From the NCBI RefSeq assembly GCF_002105155.1, contig NW_019029013.1:62001-126000 (forward strand): a stretch of 64,000 bases of DNA, in the 5' to 3' direction. The notes under the pieces were generated by a model, which searched no databases, was not told the DNA's origin, and saw only the letters and a program-made list of their open reading frames with translations. The stretch's first letter is position 1; every line of letters begins with the position of its first letter. The position numbers were made by a program, and so were the translations under genes. The stretch is from Lobosporangium transversale. Lineage: Eukaryota. Positions 13,684-25,386 of the stretch are shown here, piece by piece.

Positions 13684-14271
13684 ACATCACTCTTTTTTTT
13701 TTTTTTTTTTTTTTTGATAACAAGGACCCTCAGGGTCATGGGATTTGTTTTCTACATTCTATGAATGAACAAAATGCTCCAGAAATTATAGTCAATAAAC
13801 AGTTATTACTGCACAAACGGCGAGAGCCGCTGCATCCATGATTTCATAAACCCTGACCGCCGTGGTTGGTACTCAAAGTCCACCTTTCCGACGTGACCTG
13901 TTGCGCAACGCGACAAATTATCCGCTATCCATAGTCATCAAAAACTTCATTCCATCTAGCCACTCCATCACGTCCAGTTTGGTTTTCCCAAGGTAACTGT
14001 CCCGGACTCGGTCATCCGCGATCTTGTAGATCTCTTTTACATTCAGCTTCTGTCTTTGTCTGAGGGAAGGGGCAAGGAAATCATCGCTACTCCAACACAG
14101 TTGCGTCCTCTGGCGCGTTTGCTCAAAGCAATGATTCCACGAGCCTTTTCCCACTCAACAGTGACTTTACACCTTTTTTTTTTTTTTTTTTTTGATAACA
14201 AGGACCCACGAGGTCAGTGACTTTACACCGTTTGTTCCAGATTTCTGTACGACCGAATTCTTACATCACTC
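13684..14271 (-). mobile_element. 5'-truncated, degenerate non-LTR retrotransposon (LINE) 3' end with poly(A) tail and TSD
   Basis: TSD acatcactc at 13684-13692 and 14263-14271 (it may extend into the T-runs). T23 tail at 13693-13715. After removing the nested insert, the minus strand reads EFGRTEIWNKRCKVTVEWEKARGIIALSKRARG, resembling from memory the IWxxRC..WEKxxGI C-terminal motif of fungal non-LTR ORF2 proteins. A frameshifted continuation ends at TAA 13918. Confidence 0.8.
14159..14229 (-). mobile_element. Nested mini-copy of the same LINE family: about 23 nt of 3' end plus A20 tail, with a 13-15 bp TSD
   Basis: (ca)gtgactttacacc at 14159-14173 and 14215-14229 flanks T20 + gataacaaggacccacgaggtca. 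This matches the outer element's 3' end, gataacaaggaccctcagggtca. Confidence 0.85.
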
Positions 14272-14395
14272 TTTTTTTTTTTTTAAGCGCAGGTCGCAGA
14301 TATAATCACGTGAATGCGCAAGAATATTTCTACCAAACGTCACCTGACTTTCAAAACAATAAAAGAGTTCAAATTCTCAGATATTACAAGCAAGA

Positions 14396-14466
14396 GCGTG
14401 GTTGGTTTAGTGGTATAATTACCGCCTGCCACGCGGTAGACCCGGGTTCGATTCCCGGACCACGCA
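14396..14466 (+). tRNA. tRNA-Gly (anticodon GCC), intronless, 71 nt
   Basis: Acceptor stem GCGTGGT/ACCACGC plus discriminator A. D-arm TGGTTTAGTGGTATAATT. Anticodon arm ACCGC-CT-GCC-AC-GCGGT. T-arm CCGGG-TTCGATT-CCCGG. Confidence 0.97.
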
Positions 14467-16639
14467 AATGCTCATTGACAATGAAGATAATCGGCGCGCT
14501 AATAATTTCTGTCTCTTCCTACATCGAGACGATTTCTCTCTTCTGAGAGTAAAAGTGTGCATTCGAGTCTCTTTTTTTTCTCTTTTTCTGCAGATCTGAA
14601 TCAGGGCCTGATAACGAAGGACATTTGTAAAAGAAAGTAAAGAGTCTAGTTTCTAATAATATTTGTCATATACAGGATATGATCTTGAGACTGTAAGAGT
14701 GTACGGAATGAATCCTCTCTATTATGTATACTTTGTAGAAAAGAATGTAGATTAGAAGAGGAAAGAGGAGAGATACAAGGGGAAGTAAAAAGGGGAAAAA
14801 GAAAAATAAAAAGTCGGGGATTGCTGTAACAGACAGAGTGTTTTAATTGTGCCCACCTTTCCACTTATACTAAAGCAGTGAAATGGTTGGATTATGGAAG
14901 ATTCAAGAGACTTTATGAAGCTTTGATACATTTTTACAGTTGACTTTAACGAATTGACAAGTGATTTCAAACATCATTTGAACCAACAAAGATTGAAACC
15001 AAGCGAAATTGGTAAGAAGATCCTTTTTTTTGTTGTTGTTACGCGTTGTGTGTTGAATTTGATTCCTGTCCCTGACTTTTGGTTGTTTATTGATCAACCC
15101 ACAGAAAATTATTTTTAGGCCAAATATGGACATTGATCTGGAAGGGCTGTGTAAAAAAAAAAAAAAAAAAAAAAAAATATATCATCAAAACTGCAGAACT
15201 GCCTTTTTTTTTTTTTTGCTTTGTTGAGTTGACAAAGCAAGTCGTCTTTAAGTTTTATCTTTTTACTTGACTTCAGTACGATATACATTAGTATATAATT
15301 ATGTATTGTAGGATGCATTCTGTGTAGAGAATAGATGTTGCAAATACTAGGGATCGTTTGAAACTGTAAAATTAGAAGGAGGCTCTTTATCACTATCAGC
15401 CCATGAAAGCCTTCTTCTTGTAAGATCTTGTAAGATACGACATTTTTGGCAACAATGTCTTGTCGAACAAAATCCAAAGACGAGAAGGCTAGAAGACTGG
15501 AAGATATGATGTCCAACCATTACTGATTATTCAGCTACTGCCTTAGTCCGCACATCTAGCAACAGCCAATGAACTCTATACTGGAAAAGAAGAGGAGCTT
15601 GTTTAAGACAGAGAGTACATGTGAGTAGATGCTGAATAAGACCAGTTCTGTTCATTAATATTTTTAATGTCATATCATAAGTTACGTTGTCTGAGTGAAC
15701 AGTGACTCTCACAAGATCAAATTCTAAAATGACTAGCTTCAAGAGCCGTCTGCGCATGTTTTTACAAACTAAACCGTATCAAAGTATAATCTAGTGGTCT
15801 AGTTTTATTGCTTTGGGTTTGCTGACTAGGGTTTTCAACCATGTTCATATGCAGTAAATGATATACAAGATTAACATTGTCCTGCGAAGTTCGCATGCAT
15901 TTTATTATTCTCATCACTTTCCTCTATCGCCTTTATACCTCTCTCAATTCCGAGCCACCCACCGTTTAAAGTTGATTACAACAGCAAATATTTGAGCATG
16001 AGCAGGGCTAGATATAGATCAACAGGACTCCAACAGAGGAATGTTTAGATACTTAGACTTTTAGATTATGCTTTGCTCTCTACTCTTTTTTTTTTTTTCT
16101 TTTTTTTTTTTTGGTGGTGATTGTGCATAGAGCTGCCGCCTTGACCCTTACACATGTAACATGAAAACCGCAACTGGCTGTAGGGGTCTGAGGAAGTTTT
16201 TTTTAAGCCGGAGAAACACAGCCAGTTGAGCAATTCCAAGATGAACAGGCACAATTCAATGCTTTCTTTTAGTTGAGTTTTGCTGTTTTTAGCACCAGCC
16301 CTTTTACGATTCAACCTCAATTATACACTTTTTGCTCCTTGTTCTCTATTCGGACCAGGAACCAAATGATGGAGCCTTTGCACAACCCTTTACCCCGTTT
16401 GCCTTTTTTTTTTTTTTTTCTTTCTTTCGTCTCTTTCCTCTCATCCTTCCTGTCCTCTTTATTTTTTATTTTATTTTATTTTATTTAATAGTCTATTTTA
16501 ATACTTTATATAAATATTAACTTACACAGGAATTGTACTTCTACCACGGCTAAATACTCAACTCACAAACGACTCACACTCAGACGTTCTCATTTCATTT
16601 CATTTCACTTTTGTTCATCATTTACCTTCTGCATCACTC

Positions 16640-18895
16640 ATGACTACTATTCAACCTATTCAACCACGATGGTTTCATGCCGCTGTAATTTTTTTTTTTT
16701 TTTTTTTTTAAAAAAGCTTTTATCCAGTATGTATGCCTCATGCCTCATGTCTCATGCCATATATTTTCTTTTTTAATATTAGACACTTGTCAATACCATG
16801 GTGTATATTACAGGAGGCACAACCCGGGATCATCAGGGGAAATTACTTTCCCTAGATGAGACTCTAATGCTAGATTTGACCCAGTCATGGAGTATCGACA
16901 ATCCTCTTTTCAAAATATTGGACACTGCCCGTTTACCCATACCACTCAGCGGCCATTCCATGAATAAGATCCAAGGCACCTCTCAATTAGTGATCGTGGG
17001 AGGAGAGTCCATTAATAACAGCAGGAACACCACCAAAAGCAATAAGAATAGCACCGATCCCATGAATTCGTCCATTTTACTTGTAGACACAAAGCACGCA
17101 AACACAACCGGCTGGTCAACACTCCTCCTCCAATACCCTTCTAATAGCAGTAACAGCAATAATACTAATAATGATAACGATAATAGTAATAATAATAGTA
17201 ATAATAATAATAATAACAGCACTGGCTCAACAATGCCTTCCCCAATTCATCGCATGTATCATGCCACAACATCAACTAGGAAGGATGGAATCCTCGTGCA
17301 GGGAGGATATCAGTCGCTGATTGGCAATAATAATAGGACAATAGTTTCATCTTTGGTTACACTGAAACCAAACTTCGATAAAAGCAGCATTTCACAGACG
17401 ACAACAGCAATCATCTCTTTAGCTCGGAATGCTCCAGCATTAGCGCGACACACCATGACGTTGACTCCAGATGGCCGTGCCATCATCCTCGGCGGGATTA
17501 ATTCCCAAGGAATCCTCACCAACTTGACACAGGCTTATGTCTTGGATACTCAAGCGGATGCAACAACTGCAGAGTGGAAAGTAGTACCTCTTTTCGGACA
17601 ACCCCCGGCCCCACGGATGGAGTTTACGGCAGTTATGGTGAACGCAACTACAATGCTTGTATATGGTGGCACTTCGGATTTCAAATCTGCAAACTGGGCC
17701 ACGTTCTATCTTGATTTGCCCACTTGGACATGGACCTCACCAATGGCACAAGGAATAACTCCTAGACGATGGGGACATACTGCTACTATGGCTGGGAACG
17801 TCATGGTGGTTGCATTTGGTAGGTCGAAGAATTACACTTGTTTGTTGGGGAGGAGGAGGAAGGTTCTGTTTTCTGTGTGGGCCCACATATTAAAAGCTTA
17901 TTAGTTTCAAATCAAGGCTTTTTTGTGGTTTTGGTTTTGTACAGGAAATTAAAGCACTGTTATTGGTCATTGCGCATCATTTGAATATTTTACTGAATAA
18001 TGGTTCCATGATATCCTGGCCTCTTCTCTTTACATCTTTAGGATTAAGTTCGCGACAATCACCTGGCAATACAACTGTTGTATTACTAGACACTAGGACC
18101 AACACCTGGATCACTCAATTCGATCCTCAAGTCATGAATATTGGCACTGGGAATTCTGGCAATGATGACAGCGACAATAATGACGATGATAGTGGCGTAC
18201 AAGATGTGGATGGAGAAGGAAAGGGACCTATGAGCGTAGGCATGGTTCTCGGCCTTGGATTTGTGGTCACTCTTGCGATCGTAGGCGGTGTATTCTGGTT
18301 ACTGGTACGGAAGAGGAAACGCAGGACTCGGAATCAGAGAGCAAAAGAAAACATTGATCAGTTTACGACATCACGATCTGTAGCAGGAGCAATTTCGTCA
18401 TCATCAGCCAACCATCGTAATGGAGCAAAAGGTTTCTTTGAAGCCTTCAGTCTTGGAACCATATCCAACAATCAGAGTCGTACAGAGCGTGATGGACGTG
18501 GCAGGAAACGGCGAGATTCGAAACGGTACTCCACTACCTCAGTAAGAACACAGCATCCACAATCAATCTTGGAACGAATGGCAGAGCTGGGATATTCACC
18601 CTTACAATTTGGATATCCAGAATCGGTGATCCGACAAGGTTCAGGTGGCGTGACAGTGTCGAATTACATCTATCCTAATCAACCTTGTACACAAATAGAG
18701 AAAGTGGTGACATGTGGGGGTAATGATGGGGATCGGAATAGAAATGAAGTGGAGACCCAGGTAGTGTTTCATGACCTGTCTTCAGCACAGAAGGAAGCTC
18801 TCCGTCTGGAATTTGAGCAGAGACAGAGGCAAGGAGGGCATGACCAAGCGCCTAAACACGAGCTACTTCAATCTAATGTTGAAGAGTATGTATAA
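16640..18895 (+). CDS. Kelch/galactose-oxidase-like beta-propeller protein with one C-terminal TM helix, about 644 aa, 3 exons (16640-16684, 16783-17818, 18042-18895)
   Basis: Kelch repeats PRWFHAA..VYITGG, LSGHS..VIVGG, LARHT..IILGG, MLVYGG and RRWGHTA. TM segment GMVLGLGFVVTLAIVGGVFWLLV followed by RKRKRR. Introns in phase. The start codon is less certain. Confidence 0.8.
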
Positions 18896-19940
18896 TCTAT
18901 GTATTTCAAAAGAACGAAACAGAAGCAGATGTGAGTTGATTCCAATAAAACATCGCCATCCCCATCTTCCACGCCACCGAACGTTGTGAAGCTTGCAGTT
19001 TCCTATTTTTTACATCGTGCATAATTGTTGCAGAAAGACATCCCAAATTATATACTACAGATTGTATTGTAAATCAAAATGCGGAGATTGATGTTTGTGA
19101 TGGTTGCATTTAAACTGCGCCACTTCTGATAATATTAGAGAACTTCAAGATTGTGGCATGCAAAATGAATTTGCCCTTGTTGATGTCTAAAGAGTGGCCA
19201 AATGTGGGGGATACGCAGTCAAACAACGCTCATTGAGTATATACTCTCTTTTGTCACCAAGGCAGTATGCAATATTAATCCATTGCTAAGGTTGAATCAG
19301 AATGATGTGGTGTCATCATGGAACTTCATTTTCATTTTTCGGTTCATTAATGTATGTATTTTTTTTTGCAATGAAACTCATTTGGCATTTACAAAGATGA
19401 ATGGACATGAACGAGCTTTCGTCATATGCTTGTTTAACGGTTTGTCACTCATTATTATCATTACTATTAAATATTATTATTATTTTTTAAAGTCTCCGTC
19501 TCCCACTTTCTTTCACTCCCTCGCTTTTCTTATTACTTTAACCTAATCTCTTCATTCCTTCCTTTCTTCTTCTCTCCTCTCTTCAGCCGCCTTTCCTTTC
19601 CTTTCCTTTCTTTTCCTTCTCTTCCTTTTTCCTTCTTCTCCTTCCTTTCCCTTCCTTTCTTTTCCTTCTTTATCCTTTCCTTATCAGTAGTGCGATCTAC
19701 CACTCACACTCGAAGATTCTTCGCTGTCATCATCATCTTCTCCTATCCTCTCTCCTTTTATTCCCCACTCTTTGATACCCACGGGCACTTGCAAGCTGAT
19801 TTTGCTCTTCTTTCTATATCTCATTAATTATAACGCCTTTTTATCATCGTTATCGTATCAGCATCAATCAGCATTTTTTTTTTTCTCTCCTTTTCCTCTG
19901 CTTTGAAACATCCATTCTCATTCGACATCTCTTTCTCTGA

Positions 19941-22900
19941 ATGTCAGGCGGTGGCATTGTTTTCGAGGCATCGCCCGAGCATATAGCCTATGCGCTATTG
20001 GGATGCTTCATCATTTTCTTTGGCCTTGTCAGTCTGTTTGTCAAAGAGAAACTCTTCATTTCTGAGGCTTGTAAGTCAGTCTCCTTTATTTCAAGATATT
20101 TTATTCATCCTTCTCCTGTTAATTATTCTTCTCCACAAGAGAAAAAAAGAAAAAGAAAAAAAGAAAAAAGAACTATTGTCATGAATGGAATCAAGAACCA
20201 TGACCAGACGACTATTTTTTTTTTTCCCTGCCCTCAGCCTATCCCCTCCTCTCTCTTCCTCTCTTTCTCTCTATTCTTACATTTTTTTAGTCTCTTCTCC
20301 CCTTTTTCTCTCCTTGTTCGATATGCTTTTCCGTTCGGGATCAGATCCGTATAATTCTGGGTGGTGTGATGATCCATGGAAGGAGTGTCAGACAACAGCA
20401 ACGTGGGTAGGGGGTGGTTGCCAAAAGTGAGCAAAAATGAGTGTAACAGAAGCACAAGCACAATTGCTCAGCATTTCGGCTTTCCCACCCATTTTTTTTT
20501 ACGCTGGGAACATCTCCCAGTTCGCCCATACCCTTCCTTACAACACATTCTTGTCACAAAAACCACAACAGCAACCTCTCTATCGCTTTATCATCCGATT
20601 TTTAACCTGTTTGTTCAATTGGATTTTCTTTAATTGTTGAGCTGCGATCTGTGACATGCGTGTTCAATGCATGCACGGTTATTTTTTTACTTTTTTTGAT
20701 CCGCCAACCGTTTATAGAGACTGAGATGAAAATAATTAAAAGGTTGCTGGGAGATGAGAAATGGCGAGTGAAATCACACGGGTACTCTTCTATCTTCAAC
20801 AATCTGACAGGGAGAACAGATGGGGTAGAGCAGTAAGGGAACCATTGTTGCTGAGTGAAGAGGGAGTAGTAAGCTTACCTGATGAGACTAGCCCACATCA
20901 CATCGCCATGTGCTCTCTCCTATTTGATGGACCCTCCAAGAGAGAATGTTAACCTGCAGGAGCAGCAGAATTCCATGCACAAAGAAAAAAAAAAATGCCA
21001 ACCACAGAGAGACAGGAGGAAATGGGAGAACTAGACACTCTACTGCTTCTTTTCTTGCCGTTCTACGCGTCTGTGCTTTCAAAATTAATGATGAGGGTAA
21101 TCTTGTAAAGACTATTTTGGCTCCCTTTTCAAATGATGTTGTCATCATCCTTGCCAGGACCTGGTAGTTTCACCGCTTTCATCTCTCTCTCTTTTTTTTT
21201 TTTTTTTTTTTTTCTTTTCTTCTTCCCTTTCCTTGGAGTCATAATCATCTAAAGAGAGAGACGGTTAACATGCAACTGGGTCAGGGACCTGTGAGATGTT
21301 TCATAGCAAGCTCATTTAGACATGTACACATACGCAGTTGACCCAAACCAAATGACGATTAGAAAAGCTTGAAAGTCATCATCAACATCGCATGATGATA
21401 GCGTATAAATTATTGAAAAAGTTCTACTTGGGCCTGACATTAACTACTCAATATTTATCCCTTCATATTGTTCTACAACTTTTTTATAAACTCAAACGAC
21501 GCGTAGTCGTATCGACGGCCTTTGGTATCATCATTGGACCTTATGCTATTGGTATTTTTGATCCTGTGGGTTGGAAGGGTTACGACACTGTCACGCTTGA
21601 GTTTACAAGGATCGTCATTGCTGTTCAGGTCATGGCCGCAGGAGTCTCTTTACCGAGGTAAGTATCTCATCTTATCTGGCAAAAAAAAAAGAGCAAAATC
21701 CGAAAAGGTGGTCGTTCTAGTAGTCAAATGTGGCAGGTGTGGTTACAGGAATGCGGGAACAATCTTATTCCGAAATTTATACAGCACTAGAATTTCAAAG
21801 AGCACTTGCTAAATAGTCTTTTGAGGAAGCATCACCCTTATCAACTCTAGGGTCCTGTGTTCTGTTTGGCATATGGACTAGAGTATTTTTCTTTTTTTGT
21901 TCTTGTATTCCACCAGATACAGTAAGAGGAACAAAGGTGTCACCTATTTGGGCTCCATCTGATAATCCATGTGATGCCACACGCAAATAAAACTTACCGA
22001 AGAATCTTTACTTTGTCTGTACTACGGAAAAAATGTGTAACAGGTCCTACATTGTCAAGGAACGATTGTCGCTGTTCATCATTATTGTACCGCTCATGTT
22101 CCTCATGTGGGGTACTTCTGCACTCATCATCTGGGGTTTGATCCCTAACTTGGACTTTGTAAGCGCAAAGCAATGTATTTAATATTTCAGGCAGCTGAGC
22201 TTTTATACACATCATCAATTTACTCACTTTTTTTTTTCTTTCTCCAAATGTAGGTTCAAGCCATGATCATCGGAGCCTGTGTCACCCCAACAGATCCCGT
22301 TCTGTCCAATTCAGTTGTTAAGGGTCGCTTTGCTGAGAAACACGTCCCGCCTCGTATTCGTTATCTTTTGTCTGCAGAATCAGGCATCAATGATGGCATG
22401 GGTCTTCCATTTTTGTTTCTGGGTCTTTATTTGCTGCGCGAGCACACCGTTGGGTCAGCCTTCGCCAAGTGGTTCTACTTGGTATGGGCATACCAGATTT
22501 TGCTGAGTATCATCATTGGTGGCGTCATTGGAGCAGCAGCAAGGAAAGCAGTCAAGGGCGCTAAGAATAGGTACGTTCTTCTTTGATATTCTTCTCATAG
22601 TCTCTGGTATACACTTTTATATAATATCATCAGTCTAACATCATGGCTTGAACTTTTGCTTCACGATAGAAACCTTATTGACAAGGAATCCTTTTTGGTA
22701 TTCTCGATCGCGTTGGCGCTAGCAGTCGCAGGAGTCGTCAGTATCTTGGCATCAGATGATCTTTTGGCGTGTTTCATCGCTGGAAACGTTTTCGCATGGG
22801 AGTATGTCTTTCTTTTTTGTGATTATTCGGACAGAAATATGGTGCACAAGGGAAAAGCCTATTAACTGTTAGCACTACATCACTTTTTTTAAACATTTAT

Positions 22901-24352
22901 AGCGATTGGTTTTCAAACGAAATCGCAGAGGCACACATCCAGGAAATTATTGATATGTTGCTCAACTTGGCCTGTTTTGTCTATATTGGAGCTTCAATCC
23001 CGTTCGCGAGCTTTGCCGACGCTGCATTAGGTCTCTCGCTCTGGCGCATGGTGGTTCTCGCGATTGTAATCCTTGTATTCCGTCGAATGCCATTTATGTT
23101 GGCTCTCAAACCGGTAGTGCCTGCACTTGCTAGCTATCGTGAGGCTGCATTCGCGGGTTGGTTTGGTCCTATTGGAGTTGGTGCAGTTTTCTTCACCAAG
23201 GTCACGGCCATGTTGACTAGTCCAGAGCACCTTGGTGGAGACACATATAATCTCGATAGGATTAACCGTGTTCGTGAGGTTATTTTCCCTGTGGTTATGT
23301 TCTTGGTACTTGCAAGCGTGTTGATCCATGGTATCACTGTCCCATTGTTGCACTTGCAGTATAAATACACGAGGACGTGGTCTAGGAAGCGTGAAGACTC
23401 GAACCATGCGGTGGCCAGATTACCTCATATCAACATTGGAGACGAGATTATTTTACGACCACCAACGATCAATGGATCCATCGCAGATGGTGACGGAGAA
23501 GTGCAAAAGACAATCGGATATGACCATCAGCGCTCAATCGGATATGACAATCAGCGCTCGATCGGATACCAAGACCTTAATCAGCGCTCGATTAATCAGC
23601 GGTCATATGGTTACGGTGGTTTCGGCATTGCGGGCGTTCCAGACCTGAGCAAGCCAAAGGACCATGGTAGCACTCAAAACACTGTTAGGACACTCCAGGA
23701 TGTCGTCAGAGAAATGAAAGAGGCTTCAAAGGGAGCAGCCGTGAACAGAAATTCGCGAGGATTGAATAATAACACTAACGGCATTGCCACCACTAATAAA
23801 GGCACCATCCAGGACAATAACACCAATAATGGGGACACCAGCAACAATAATAATATTAATGCACCACGGGACAGCGTCAGTATTAGTTTCAACATCCCGA
23901 ATGTCCGTGGTTCTCAGACAGCTTCACAAAGAGAGGGTGAGAAAGATATTGCTCAAGAAATGAAGGAGAACCATCCGGCGATGCATGAAACAGGCCCATA
24001 TTCACCTGAGATCAAGCGATTTGAATCATCCTCATCTCGCCATGGTGATTCGAGTAGCTCGACGTCCTCGACTAGCGATCAGAAATCTCCACGGCCTCAG
24101 CTCATGCCATCTCACGGGAAGGATTCATCAACAGGATCGTCCATTATCAAGATCCATGAAACAGAGCGTGAAGAAGACAATGGCGTTGTGAGGACAGTGA
24201 GTCATGATATCGAAGAACAGGACAGAGTTCAAGTGGAGGAAGAAAGGGTGGAGGAACACGAGCGTCCACATGAGCATTCACGTCCACATTCACGTCCACA
24301 TTCAAGTTCGGGGCACCATCACTTGAGAGATCTGTTCAGGCCTCGAGATTAG
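19941..24352 (+). CDS. NHA1: Plasma-membrane Na+(K+)/H+ antiporter (CPA1, fungal Nha1/Sod2 family), about 764 aa, 6 exons (19941-20070, 21507-21657, 22044-22158, 22254-22570, 22670-22801, 22903-24352)
   Basis: Family motifs SLFVKEKLFISEA, ACVTPTDPVLSNSVVKGRFAEKHVP, LSAESGINDG, LASDDLLACF and GWFGPIGVGAVF. Long hydrophilic C-tail. All introns GT-AG and in phase. Confidence 0.93.
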
Positions 24353-25003
24353 ACAGACGCATAGGTGGTGGAAATGGGAGAGAACATCAAAGAGGGAAAA
24401 GGGGAGGAGTGAATCGAGGAAACGTACGTAATATTTAGTATACTTTTTTTTTTTGCAATAGTCTAAAGTATCCTTTATCCATAATACATGGCATCCATTG
24501 CATTTACAATCATTAAAAAAATAATTAAAAACCCAATTAAAAAAACGGTTAATTTATTTTTAAAGAAAGTGTGACATGACATGATGTTAATTCCCCAACC
24601 AATCTCGAATAGAATTTCTTTCCCATCACAAAGATCACAGATCTAGAAGCAAGCAGACTTTTACTTGATAGAGACCTTTGAAACTTTTCAAAGTGCTTTA
24701 GTCTGTTGTTTGGATTATAAACCTATTAATGGAAAAAGAAAAGAAAAAGAAGACAATGGTGTAAGGAGTTTAAATGTAAAGGTTATTAAATAAAACATAA
24801 AAAAAAAATCAGGGCTGACTACAGTGAATGATCATCCCTTTTAATTCCCTTTAATTCGTTTGCGGGGATAGGATAAAATATCTGATAATTATTATTATAA
24901 TAATTTACATGTCGTCTCTGGCACAAAGGAACAGATAGTTCTTTAAAAAAGTGTCAACAAACAAATCCAAGTTCCTTCTTTCTTGGCCTTCTTGACCCAT
25001 TTT

Positions 25004-25004
<1 letters not shown>

Positions 25005-25047
<43 letters not shown>
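25005..25047. repeat. (CT)n dinucleotide microsatellite upstream of the Hsp70-like gene
   Basis: About 21 perfect CT units. Confidence 0.9.
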
Positions 25048-25049
<2 letters not shown>

Positions 25050-25386
25050 TCTCTCTCTCTTTATTTTGATACACACATCAAAGCTCTTGTCTTTTTATTT
25101 ATTTATTTTATTTTTTGAACTTGACACGCTCTCTCCTGCTCTTTCCTCTCCATTCTCATTCTCATTCTCATTCTCCCATTCTCCCATTCTCATTCCTCCG
25201 CTCTTTACATCCATAAACCCATACGCGTACTCTCTTCATTCTTCTATTCACCCTCCTTCTTACTGTGCTCACTCTATTCCGCACTCTTCATTCTCTACTT
25301 TCTTTTTTTTTTTTTTTTTTCTTGCCCTTTCTCACCAACATCTGCTTGCTTACAACTTGCATGCATCACAATAAAACATTCGCTTC

